Assembly: GCA_964587655.1 (NCBI GenBank)
Contig: CAZPMT010000014.1
Coordinates: 4,289 to 68,288, forward strand
From: an uncultured Nitrospiraceae bacterium
GTDB lineage: Bacteria; Hydrogenedentota; Hydrogenedentia; Hydrogenedentales; SLHB01
Length of the DNA: 64,000 nucleotides
Direction: 5' to 3'
Part shown: positions 9,339 through 17,837 of the stretch, one piece after another
Position numbering within the stretch: position 1 is the first letter of the stretch
Layout of the letters: each line of letters opens with the position of its first letter
Position numbers and translations under genes: made by a program
Notes under the pieces: model-generated
What the model saw: only the letters and a program-made list of their open reading frames with translations
Database searches by the model: none
What the model was told of the DNA's origin: nothing

Positions 9339-10427
9339 CTATGCGGATGGCGTTCCGAGGAACCCGTCGCTCCAGAAGACCGGTTCGTATCCCCTGTCGG
9401 CGACCCATTTGAGGGCCGCGCGGACCTTGTCCATGACCGTGGGCTGATAATAGGAAAGCTCTTTGCGGAAGTACTGTTCGTGTATGAGCAACTCGACCAT
9501 TTCGGCGGTCTGTGGGGTCGAGGTGCGCTCGTCGAGATGGGATGCGATGTTCTCGACCTCGACGGAATTGACGACCGACGTGCAACGGATGAACATGAGC
9601 CCTGTTTCACGATCGAACCACGCGGGCCGTTCGTCGCAGTGGGCGCATTGTTCGCGGGACAGGTAGTAGCCCGTCGTGCATGGGCCTTCGTAGCCTTGGG
9701 CGTCGAAGAGGCCGATGAGTTGCTCGATCCCACGATCTCGCAAGGCCGCGATCGCGCGCTTGGGACACTCGGCCCAGTGCACGGTGGTCGTTTTTGTCAG
9801 CACTTCATTTCCCGCAAACCGGCGGATGTGGCCGCACACGAGATCGTAGTCGTGGGCGATCTGCGTGTAGACGGCGTTCCGGTAAGGGCGTTGCGGCGCG
9901 TCCTGGAGCGCGTGAAAGCTGAGGTGCAGCCATGAAGCGTTTTCCTGCCATTCGCCCTTCCACTTATCCGGCATCTGCGTGAGGTCGAACCCATCCGTCT
10001 GGTAGTAAATATTGATGTGGATCTTGGCGGAGTACTCTCGATGCATTTCACGCCAAAACGCGAGGTACCAATGATCGAACAACGAAGGATACGACGCTGG
10101 GTTCATACCCAGGTCTTTCAGGAACTGTACGTTGTCGTCCACGGAGAATCGGTACCGCTTGACGCTCCCTTTGTCCCACCACAGGAGGATCTCATCGCGA
10201 TCATTTCCGGATTCGGTCACGATTGCGTTTCGCCGATTCGCGAGAGTGACCTGGCACGAGAAGGCGCTGCCTGAGACGGAAGCGGGCGAACCGTTGACGG
10301 TGACGGAGTCACCGGTGGGAACGGTCCCGCGGACGTTGATGGTCAGACCGCCGGCCGTCTCGACGCCATCATGACGGTTCAGCACGTCGCCGTCGACCGG
10401 GTGCGTAATTGCGAGCTTGATGGACAT
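9339..10427 (-). CDS. Hypothetical protein (362 aa): N-terminal beta-sandwich-like region and a C-terminal domain of unknown function. Probably co-transcribed with the upstream GHKL ATPase gene (21-bp gap)
   Basis: Clean ORF in the GC-rich context. Weak NodB-like motifs (TDGFD, HLSFH, RPY) occur, but their spacing is non-canonical, so no family is assigned. Confidence 0.55.
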   Translation of the reverse strand: MSIKLAITHPVDGDVLNRHDGVETAGGLTINVRGTVPTGDSVTVNGSPASVSGSAFSCQVTLANRRNAIVTESGNDRDEILLWWDKGSVKRYRFSVDDNVQFLKDLGMNPASYPSLFDHWYLAFWREMHREYSAKIHINIYYQTDGFDLTQMPDKWKGEWQENASWLHLSFHALQDAPQRPYRNAVYTQIAHDYDLVCGHIRRFAGNEVLTKTTTVHWAECPKRAIAALRDRGIEQLIGLFDAQGYEGPCTTGYYLSREQCAHCDERPAWFDRETGLMFIRCTSVVNSVEVENIASHLDERTSTPQTAEMVELLIHEQYFRKELSYYQPTVMDKVRAALKWVADRGYEPVFWSDGFLGTPSA

Positions 10428-10448
10428 GGGCGCCGGGCTCCGTCTTGG

Positions 10449-11678
10449 TTACACGCGCAAGAGATCCGTGACCTCTTCCTGCTTTTCCTCGGGGAACGCG
10501 AGTAGTTCGTCAAGGACCCGCGCGACGCGTACGGGATCCGCATCGACGAGATCGCGGACGAGCCGTAGCGTGAGGCGCTTGCTCGCGTAGCTTGATTCCG
10601 CGAAGAAAGACAACTGGTTCAAATGCGAGGCGTAGATGTCGAAAATCCGGCGCTCGGCTTCCTCGTCGCGATTGGACGGCTCTCCGCGGTAGGGGTAGAG
10701 TCCCGTTTCCTTCCAGAACGCCAGGGTCTCCTGGGCCCGCTCGACTTCGCGCAGCGTGAAGTGCTGACGCAACCTGAGCCGTGCGGCATCAAGCAACTGA
10801 CGGCAGTCGGGCGTCATGTCATCCAGTTGAAGCACGCCTTCCTTTTCCAATGCGACGAAATGCGCGCTCTTCAGATAAGCCGTGTAGCTGAAGCCGCGGA
10901 AGATCAGCCTTGGTGTGACCTGGTGGAGGGCGAAACCGTTCCTATCACAGAGCACGATGCCGCGCTTTCCCGCGATGTTCCACTCGACCACCGTCATCGT
11001 AGCGCGCACGCGTTCGCCGTTCTGCATGACAAGCTCACCGAGGTCGTGGTCCGTGCTACGGTCCTCCGCATGCGCGGGATCGAGTGGAACGCCGTCGTAG
11101 ACGATGCGCACGTCGGGATACTGACGCATGTAGAGCGCGAAAAGGTCGGTCACTTCCTGCAGCGCCTTCACACCCCTCAGGAGACCGGCGGTCGCGGGCA
11201 GATCCCCGATTTCCACCGTCATGCCTACGTCTTTGTCGGTCGGTGCGGGATCGGTGAGGTCGAATTCGCCGGGCGCGGCGGCGCGTCCCACGATGCTATA
11301 CGTATTGCGCTTCCCTTCCACGTCGTAAACCGGGATCCACTCGGCGCGGTTTCCGAGGGCGAACGCGCGAAACCGGCCCTTGCCGTATTGGCCGTGCATA
11401 AAGCGGCGGCGCTGCGCGGTCCTGGGTTCCTCGCGCTTCCACGATCCGCCCAGGTTCCGGAAGACCACAAACGCGCGATCGTAACTGAGTCCGTGGCCGT
11501 TGTCGGAGATGCTGACGGTCTCTACGCCTCCCAGTTCATTCTCGACGAACTCGACGCGGACCTCGGTGGCCTCGGCGTCGAGGGCGTTCCACATCAACTC
11601 GGCTATCGCGTTCATTGGCTTCGCCCGCGACAGCAATTCCAGATGATCTTCCCGTACCTGAACCGTAATCTTCTTCAC
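10449..11678 (-). CDS. Standalone GHKL-superfamily ATPase (HATPase_c / Bergerat fold) with a C-terminal extension of unknown function
   Basis: N-box 'ELMWNALDAEATEV' and G1 box 'VSISDNGHGLS' within the first 70 aa. No HisKA, DNA gyrase B or MutL C-terminal domains were recognised. Confidence 0.7.
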   Translation of the reverse strand: MKKITVQVREDHLELLSRAKPMNAIAELMWNALDAEATEVRVEFVENELGGVETVSISDNGHGLSYDRAFVVFRNLGGSWKREEPRTAQRRRFMHGQYGKGRFRAFALGNRAEWIPVYDVEGKRNTYSIVGRAAAPGEFDLTDPAPTDKDVGMTVEIGDLPATAGLLRGVKALQEVTDLFALYMRQYPDVRIVYDGVPLDPAHAEDRSTDHDLGELVMQNGERVRATMTVVEWNIAGKRGIVLCDRNGFALHQVTPRLIFRGFSYTAYLKSAHFVALEKEGVLQLDDMTPDCRQLLDAARLRLRQHFTLREVERAQETLAFWKETGLYPYRGEPSNRDEEAERRIFDIYASHLNQLSFFAESSYASKRLTLRLVRDLVDADPVRVARVLDELLAFPEEKQEEVTDLLRV

Positions 11679-12074
11679 GCTTAGCTTCCCATGCTTGTGT
11701 TAGATTCGGAGTGATTCCCCGCCCGCGCAACAAGAGCAACAATGATAGCATTCATTCGGAGCTATGGACAAACTGGTTCCGCCGCTCCCCGTTCCTGCTT
11801 CGTGCTCGTGCTCGCGCTCGTAATTACGATTACGAGTCATCATGAAGCAGGGCTTCACTCGCGAGGATGAAAATTGGGTCTCAGGTGAAGGATGATACGT
11901 TAGCGCCGCGCGAGGTGGAGTGGCCGTTTGTGTTTGGCACCATTGAGCCCGTTGACGAGTCTGGCCTGGAGGTTGCTTTGTACTCACGATTGTTGCCGGC
12001 CATAGTGCCGAGCACGCGAGGTAGAATGATCTGCTCGCAACCTCCCCTCGCAAGAGGCGCGGAAAGGAGCAAGC

Positions 12075-12463
12075 ATGGAAACGATCTACCGGCGGTGTGC
12101 GGGGCTGGATGTGCACAAGGAGTCCATCCCGGTAAACGCCACAATGCCAGGACGCGCCACGGCAACCGCTGGCTGCGTCGCGTTCTCACGCAGGCGGCTT
12201 GGGCTGCCACCCACGAAAAGCCCGGCTCTTATCTCAAGAGCCTCTACCGTCGAATCGCGCGTCGGCGAGGCAAGAAGCGGGCTATAGTCGCAGTCGGCCA
12301 CACCATCCTTCTCATTGCCCATTGTCTGCTGTCCACCGGAGCGTACTACCATGATCTCGGTCAAGACTATTTCGATCATCTGGACGAAGAACGGCTCACG
12401 CGGTATCTTGTCGAAAGGCTGGAGTCCCTCGGCCATGCGGTCGAACTCCAACCCGCGGCATAA
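12075..12463 (+). pseudogene. IS110-family transposase remnant. The N-terminal about 20 aa is joined out of frame to the C-terminal about 115 aa; about 250 internal codons are deleted
   Basis: 'METIYRRCAGLDVHKESI' is the IS110 DEDD N-terminal signature. The +2 frame reads 'NRWLRRVLTQAAWAATHEKPGSYLKSLYRRIARRRGKKRAIVAVGHTILLIAHCLL...LESLGHAVELQPAA', the typical IS110 C-terminal (Transposase_20) tail. Confidence 0.6.
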
Positions 12464-12686
12464 TCCGATCACAGCGTCAACGTATATCGCACTTTGAGGA
12501 CGTCCACGAAGTATTTTCGAGGTAGCATAAGCACGAGCAGGTGGAAACGAAGCACGGGAAAACCGGATGAGCAGTAATTGTTGACGGAAGTGAGCGAGAT
12601 TCTGTATCCTTCGGATAGGAAGGCAGGCGTTGTCGCGTTGGCGAACGCGTTTGCTCTCGAAGACGGGTGTTTCCGAGGTGTGTGGT

Positions 12687-13148
12687 ATGCCTGACGACAT
12701 GTTCTTCCTGGCTGATCGAAGGTCGTTGAGACGGGGAAGACGGATTGCCGTGCGAACGGAGACCTGCCGTCCGTGCGTGATCTGGCCCGCGGACGAGCCG
12801 GAGAAGCGGCACAATGGCGTCGCCTTGGACGTGTCGCCGCACGGCATGCGAGTCCGCATGATGGACCCGTTGGCGGAAGGTCAAGCCGTATACGTGCAGA
12901 TGATGCGCGATGAGGATTTCTCGGTGCCGCTCACGGATCCCATGGCGGCGCGTGTGGTTAGGAGCGAGCTTGACGCCGAGGGATTTCTGGATCACGGCGT
13001 CCAGATCATTCGGCAGAAACTGCACCGCGAGGAACAGAGACTTGTCCCTGCGGTGCGAAAGGCGCCGGCCCCGGCTCGGACGCCTCGGATGTATACGCTG
13101 GATATCGCCGTGGGCGAGCGCGAACGCGCAGGGAGGAAACGTGGCTAA
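12687..13148 (+). CDS. PilZ-domain protein (putative c-di-GMP binding)
   Basis: 'RRSLRRGRR' (RxxxR) followed by 'ALDVSPHGMRV' (D/NxSxxG) about 25 aa downstream. Stop codon overlaps the start of the next gene. Confidence 0.5.
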   Translation: MPDDMFFLADRRSLRRGRRIAVRTETCRPCVIWPADEPEKRHNGVALDVSPHGMRVRMMDPLAEGQAVYVQMMRDEDFSVPLTDPMAARVVRSELDAEGFLDHGVQIIRQKLHREEQRLVPAVRKAPAPARTPRMYTLDIAVGERERAGRKRG

Positions 13149-13527
13149 GCCTAAAGTCTTGGTAGTGGACGATGAGTCTGACGTTGTCGAGTTCATCACG
13201 CGCACGCTCCAGTCCGAGGGATACGACGTGGTCAGCGCGTATGACGGCATCGGGGCGCTCGACTTGGCGGACTCGGAAAAGCCTGACATCGTCGTGCTCG
13301 ACATCATGATGCCCATGATGAGCGGCTACGAGGTCTGCGAACAGCTCAAGTCCAATCCGCAAACACAGGACATCCCGATCATCTGCGTGTCTTCCGCGCA
13401 CACTCCGGATGCGCGCGCGTTGAGCCTGCGGGTCGGCGCCTCGGCGCTTGTGGTGAAACCATTCCGCTCGGCCGAGCTCGTTGCGCAGATCAAGCGATAT
13501 CTAAAGAAAGAGGAAGGCGAGGTCTGA
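13141..13527 (+). CDS. Single-domain response regulator (CheY-like receiver)
   Basis: 'KVLVVDDESDV...DIVVLDIMMPMMSGYEVCEQLK...PIICVSS' with the conserved Asp pair, phospho-acceptor Asp and T/S, K positions. GTG start, with GGGAGG 7 nt upstream. Confidence 0.8.
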   Translation: MAKPKVLVVDDESDVVEFITRTLQSEGYDVVSAYDGIGALDLADSEKPDIVVLDIMMPMMSGYEVCEQLKSNPQTQDIPIICVSSAHTPDARALSLRVGASALVVKPFRSAELVAQIKRYLKKEEGEV

Positions 13528-13589
13528 GCTTCCGTTTCTACGACGGTTGATCCCAAAGCAGGGGCAGGGAATTCACCAAGGGCGATCCC

Positions 13590-14141
13590 GTGACTCTCGC
13601 AAATCGAATAACGCTGGTTCGATTGCTGCTCATACCGGTGTTTGTGGCGTTCATCGTGAGCTACACGCGGGAGCAGCCGTGGCTCCGGTATGGCGCGCTT
13701 ATTGTGTACGCGATCGCCGCCGCATCCGACGCGCTCGATGGGTTCGTGGCCCGCGCGTATAACCAGAAGACGAAACTGGGCGCACTACTCGATCCGCTTG
13801 CCGACAAGCTGATGGTGAACATCGGGTTTGTGTTCATGGCCGTCAACGACCAGTTCGCGCATCGGATTCCGTACTGGTTTCCCGTGGCGCTTCTCGCCCG
13901 CGACGCAATGATCGTCATGGGTGTCTATCTTCTCAACGAATTTTACGGACCCGTGCGCGTGAAGCCGCGCATCACCGGTAAAGTCACAACGGTTTTTCAG
14001 ATGAGCCTGATGATCGCGGTGCTCATCGAAGCGAGCTTCACGGAAAAGCTGCTAATCGCGACGGCGGTCATGTCCGCCGTCTCGTACGTGGATTATATGT
14101 ACACCGGCATCCGGCAGATTGGAAACGAGGACGAAGCGTAA
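13590..14141 (+). CDS. pgsA: CDP-diacylglycerol--glycerol-3-phosphate 3-phosphatidyltransferase (CDP-alcohol phosphatidyltransferase family)
   Basis: 'DALDGFVARAYNQKTKLGALLDPLADK' matches the D-G-x2-A-R-x8-G-x3-D-x3-D motif. Multi-TM protein. Confidence 0.8.
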   Translation: MTLANRITLVRLLLIPVFVAFIVSYTREQPWLRYGALIVYAIAAASDALDGFVARAYNQKTKLGALLDPLADKLMVNIGFVFMAVNDQFAHRIPYWFPVALLARDAMIVMGVYLLNEFYGPVRVKPRITGKVTTVFQMSLMIAVLIEASFTEKLLIATAVMSAVSYVDYMYTGIRQIGNEDEA

Positions 14142-15493
14142 TGACTGGAAAACGAAAATTGTTCCTCGTGGCCATCTGCGGCCGCCCGAACGTCGGTAAG
14201 TCGACGCTGTTCAACCGCATCACCGGTAAGATGAGCGCCATCGTTCATGCGGAAGAGGGAATCACGCGCGACCGCGCCTATGGCGTGGCCCAGCATGGAG
14301 ACTACGTGTTCCGGGTGGTCGACACCGGCGGCATCGTCGAGAATCCGATCGATCCCGTCGTGGCGAAGATGCAGCAGCAGGTCCGCGTCGCCCTCAAGGA
14401 GGCCAAGGTCATCCTGTTTGTCGTCGACGGCCAGCAGGCACTCACGCGTACGGACGAAGAGTTGCGGGACGAACTCTTCACGCTGGGCAAACCAGTCGTG
14501 CTCGCCGTCAACAAACTCGACAATCCCAACATGGAGATCAACAAGCTGGATTTCTACACGCTCGGGATGGGCGATCCCTACGCAGTATCTTCCGGACACG
14601 GGCTCGGCATCGACGAGTTGCTCGATGCGGTCGTGGCTCATCTCCCTCAGTCGCACGCGGCCGAAGAGCAGGAGGCCGAACCGGAGAAGAAAGCCGTCAC
14701 GCGCGTGGCCATCATCGGAAAACCGAACGTGGGCAAATCCTCCTTCATCAACGCCATCCTCAATGAAGAGCGGACCATCGTGGACGATACGCCCGGCACG
14801 ACCCGCGACGCCATCGACATCGAGTTCCATTGGAAAGACAAGGACTATCTCCTGATCGACACGGCGGGACTCCGCAAGAAGGCCGGCATCAGGAAGGAGG
14901 TCGAACACTTCAGCGTGGCGCGCTCGCTGCGTGCGGTGCGGCGCGCGGACGTGTGTCTCCTTCTCATGGACGGCACGGAGGGGATCACCGAACAGGACAA
15001 GCGCATCCTCGATTATGTACATGAGCAAGGGAGAGCCGTCGTCCTCGTTTGGAGCAAGTGGGACCTGGTTGATAACAAGGAGGCGCGCTTCAAGCAACTG
15101 CAGGATGAGATCGATCTCAAGGCGCCGTTCCTGAAATACGCCCCGCAGATCACGATCTCGAACGTGACGCGAGTGCGCCTGTTCAAGACGTTTGATCTCA
15201 TCGACCGCGTGGCCGCCGAGGCCGAAAAGCGCATTTCCACGTCGGAACTCAACAGGGTCATGGATGATATTCGCGCGCACCACTCGCCGCCGTCAAAAGG
15301 CGGGAAACACCCGAAGATCCTGTACGCGACGCAGGCCAGCGCTAAGCCCACGGTCTTCGTGCTGTTCGTCAACCAGGCGCGCCTGTTCCACTTCAGCTAT
15401 ATGCGCTACATCGAAAACGCCTTGCGTGACAAGTACGGCTTTGAAGGCGTCCCCATCAGTATCGAACTCAGAGAAGGAAAACCGTCGAAATAG
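14141..15493 (+). CDS. der: Ribosome-biogenesis GTPase Der (EngA), two tandem GTPase domains plus a KH-like tail
   Basis: Two P-loops 'GRPNVGKST' and 'GKPNVGKSS', DTGG/DTAG and NKxD motifs. Start overlaps the pgsA stop codon (TAATG). Confidence 0.95.
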   Translation: MTGKRKLFLVAICGRPNVGKSTLFNRITGKMSAIVHAEEGITRDRAYGVAQHGDYVFRVVDTGGIVENPIDPVVAKMQQQVRVALKEAKVILFVVDGQQALTRTDEELRDELFTLGKPVVLAVNKLDNPNMEINKLDFYTLGMGDPYAVSSGHGLGIDELLDAVVAHLPQSHAAEEQEAEPEKKAVTRVAIIGKPNVGKSSFINAILNEERTIVDDTPGTTRDAIDIEFHWKDKDYLLIDTAGLRKKAGIRKEVEHFSVARSLRAVRRADVCLLLMDGTEGITEQDKRILDYVHEQGRAVVLVWSKWDLVDNKEARFKQLQDEIDLKAPFLKYAPQITISNVTRVRLFKTFDLIDRVAAEAEKRISTSELNRVMDDIRAHHSPPSKGGKHPKILYATQASAKPTVFVLFVNQARLFHFSYMRYIENALRDKYGFEGVPISIELREGKPSK

Positions 15494-15507
15494 CGGAGCC
15501 GCCCATT

Positions 15508-16083
15508 ATGTCCGTGATTGCCATCGTCTTGTCCTACATCATCGGTTCCGTTCCCACGGGCCTCTGGCTCGGCCTCCGACTGCGCGGTATCGACATCCGC
15601 GAACACGGGAGCAAGAACATCGGCGCAACGAATACGATGCGCGTCCTGGGCAAGCCGCTGGGCGCCATCGCTCTCGCCGCGGACATAGGCAAGGGTGTCA
15701 TTGCCGTGCTGCTCTTTGCGCGGCTCGGGGCGTGGGAGCATCTTCCCCTCGCGTGCGGCGTCGCGGCGGTAGTGGGCCACACGGCATCCATATTCCTTAG
15801 GTTCCGCGGCGGCAAAGGCGTCGCGACCGGCGCGGGCGTCTTCCTAGCGCTATGCCCGATCCCGACCTTGATCGCCGCAGGCGTCTTTGCGCTCGTTGTG
15901 GCGACGACCCGCATGGTCAGCGCCGGATCGATCAGCGGCAGCATCGCCCTATGCGCGGCTCTCTGCTTCTTCGATACCTCCTGGATACTCAGGGTTATCG
16001 CCGCCATAGTCGCCCTCTTCATCATCTGGAAACACCGAACCAACATCTCGCGCATCCTAAGCGGCTCCGAAAACCGCATCTGA
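15508..16083 (+). CDS. plsY: Glycerol-3-phosphate acyltransferase PlsY
   Basis: 'GSVPTGLWLG...HGSKNIGATNTMRVLG' is the PlsY signature. About 5 TM helices. Confidence 0.9.
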   Translation: MSVIAIVLSYIIGSVPTGLWLGLRLRGIDIREHGSKNIGATNTMRVLGKPLGAIALAADIGKGVIAVLLFARLGAWEHLPLACGVAAVVGHTASIFLRFRGGKGVATGAGVFLALCPIPTLIAAGVFALVVATTRMVSAGSISGSIALCAALCFFDTSWILRVIAAIVALFIIWKHRTNISRILSGSENRI

Positions 16084-16198
16084 CGGGACCGTCACTCCGG
16101 CGGGTTTCCGCTTCGGAAACAAGGTGTGGTAGAATACGCTCATTGCGTGGGAAAAGGTTGCGGAAGATCGGCAGCGGGCAAGTTCGGGAAACCTATCT

Positions 16199-17203
16199 GT
16201 GCGTTCTTCTTGTGTCTTGGCGGTTCTTATTTCAGTGCCGCTACTCGTTTTGGCAGCGGGTGGTTGTGCGCACGTGGCGTCCCCGGCGGGCCGGGTGATT
16301 GTCCAGGCACCGCCACGGCCGGACGGCTTGTATGCGGGCCGCCAGCACTTTCGCCAAACCCGGCGGGACGCCGCTCTGGAAACCGACCCGAAGTACGCCC
16401 TCGAATACGCCTTCGAGTATGCGCTGGAATACGGCTTGGCTTGCGCTCTGGAAGACGTCCTGCAATCTCCGCTCGACAAGGTCCTGAACGACCCGCTGAA
16501 GTGCGGGCTGAAATCCAGCCTGGTTGACGCCTTGGGCTGGGGCCTGCGATATATGCTGGAAGACGGGCCCAAGGACGCCCCGCAGGAGGCGATGGACTTC
16601 GCCCGCCGGCAAGCCATTGATAGCGCCCGCGTCAGGATCATCGAAGCCGCGCTGGATGATGCGCTGAAGAGAGTCGAGGCGGAAGATTCGGTGAAGGTAT
16701 CGGTGAAAGAGGCGCTGTCCAAAGCGTTGAATGCCGCCATCGAGGAATCCTTTGGGGCGGCGTTCGAGACGGCCCTCGAAGGCGGACCCGGGGAAGCCGT
16801 ACCCGATGGCATGTTCGCCTGTCCGCTCAACCATCCGGACCAGTACATATCGTCCGGTTTCGGATTCCGCGGGAAGACGCGCGGTGGGGCCGGCCACAGT
16901 CACACGGGCGTCGACATCGTCGTCCCGAAAGGCACACCAGTGATGGCCGCGGCAGCCGGGACAGTGTCATTCGCAGGTTCAACGGGCAGCGGCTACGGCC
17001 TCATGGTGAAGGTTGACCACGGGAGCGGGTTTGAGACGTGGTATGCCCATTTGAGCGCGTTCCATGTCCATCAAGGCGATCAGGCCGCCTGCGGAGACCA
17101 AATCGCCGAAGCCGGACGATCCGGCAACGCCACGACCTCGCATCTCCACTACGAAGTCCACAAGAACGGCGAAGCAATGGACCCCGAGCCTTACCTGCCG
17201 TAG
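16199..17203 (+). CDS. M23-family metallopeptidase lipoprotein (LytM domain) with a repetitive amphipathic linker
   Basis: Lipobox 'LAAGGC'. C-terminal 'HTGVDIV...GYGLMVKVDHGSGFETWYAHL...SHLHYEV' HxxxD/HxH Zn motifs. Confidence 0.8.
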   Translation: MRSSCVLAVLISVPLLVLAAGGCAHVASPAGRVIVQAPPRPDGLYAGRQHFRQTRRDAALETDPKYALEYAFEYALEYGLACALEDVLQSPLDKVLNDPLKCGLKSSLVDALGWGLRYMLEDGPKDAPQEAMDFARRQAIDSARVRIIEAALDDALKRVEAEDSVKVSVKEALSKALNAAIEESFGAAFETALEGGPGEAVPDGMFACPLNHPDQYISSGFGFRGKTRGGAGHSHTGVDIVVPKGTPVMAAAAGTVSFAGSTGSGYGLMVKVDHGSGFETWYAHLSAFHVHQGDQAACGDQIAEAGRSGNATTSHLHYEVHKNGEAMDPEPYLP

Positions 17204-17268
17204 GGAAAGGGTGAAGGCTGAAGTGGGAAGGCGAAAAGGGATCTTATGGGTTGAGAGAAGGAGGGATT

Positions 17269-17664
17269 ATGAAGACTGAGTCCGAGATCCGTGAATTGTC
17301 TGAGGATTTTCTGTCAGCGTGGAATTCGCAGGACGTTGAGAGAGTCGTCGCCTGTTACACTGACGACGTCGTGTATTGGGACCCGAACACGCGCGGCGTG
17401 GTCAAGGGTGCGGATGCGATGCGTCGCTATCTGCGGAAACTTTTTGCGGCCTGGGAAATGCACTGGACGTTCCGGGAAGCGTACCCTTTCGCGGATAAGG
17501 ATGGAGCGGCGGTGCTATGGCATGCGTCTTTCCGGAAGCCCGGCAAGGAGAAAACCGTGGAAGCCGACGGCATGGATCTCGTGCTGTTGCAGCGCGGCCT
17601 CATTCAACGCAACGAGGTCTATTTCGATCGCCTGGCGCTTGCTCCTCTCATGCAGGAACCGTAG
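17269..17664 (+). CDS. SnoaL/NTF2-like fold protein (ketosteroid-isomerase-like)
   Basis: 'ELSEDFLSAWNSQDVERVVACYTDDVVYWDP' is typical of the SnoaL_2 N-terminus. GGAGGG RBS upstream of the ATG at 17269. Confidence 0.55.
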   Translation: MKTESEIRELSEDFLSAWNSQDVERVVACYTDDVVYWDPNTRGVVKGADAMRRYLRKLFAAWEMHWTFREAYPFADKDGAAVLWHASFRKPGKEKTVEADGMDLVLLQRGLIQRNEVYFDRLALAPLMQEP

Positions 17665-17837
17665 CACCCTGGTTGCGAACTGGGATCAGCGGCGCGGTTT
17701 GTAGCTGGGGCATTTCACGGCGTTGGGACGTTCGGGATGCTTGCAGGCGGAGGGATGATCGTACTTGCAGATGTCGCAGAGAAACTCGGACGGGTGCCGC
17801 AGCCGCAGCCACCATTGGCGGAACCTTTCGGGCAGAG

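Noticed and set aside
9339-10427. Assignment of the 362-aa protein to polysaccharide deacetylase (CE4/NodB) on the basis of TDGFD / HLSFH / RPY.
   Set aside because: Motif spacing (23 and 6 residues) does not match the canonical NodB spacing (about 50 and about 35 residues). Left as hypothetical.
11867-12463. 198-aa ORF as an intact gene.
   Set aside because: It is a frame chimera. Its N-terminal 70 aa have no features, and the recognisable IS110 N-terminus lies in a different frame (12075). It is treated as part of the transposase pseudogene.
16085-16120. GTTTCCG-CTT-CGGAAAC hairpin after plsY as an intrinsic terminator.
   Set aside because: No downstream U-tract, so it could not be supported as a terminator.
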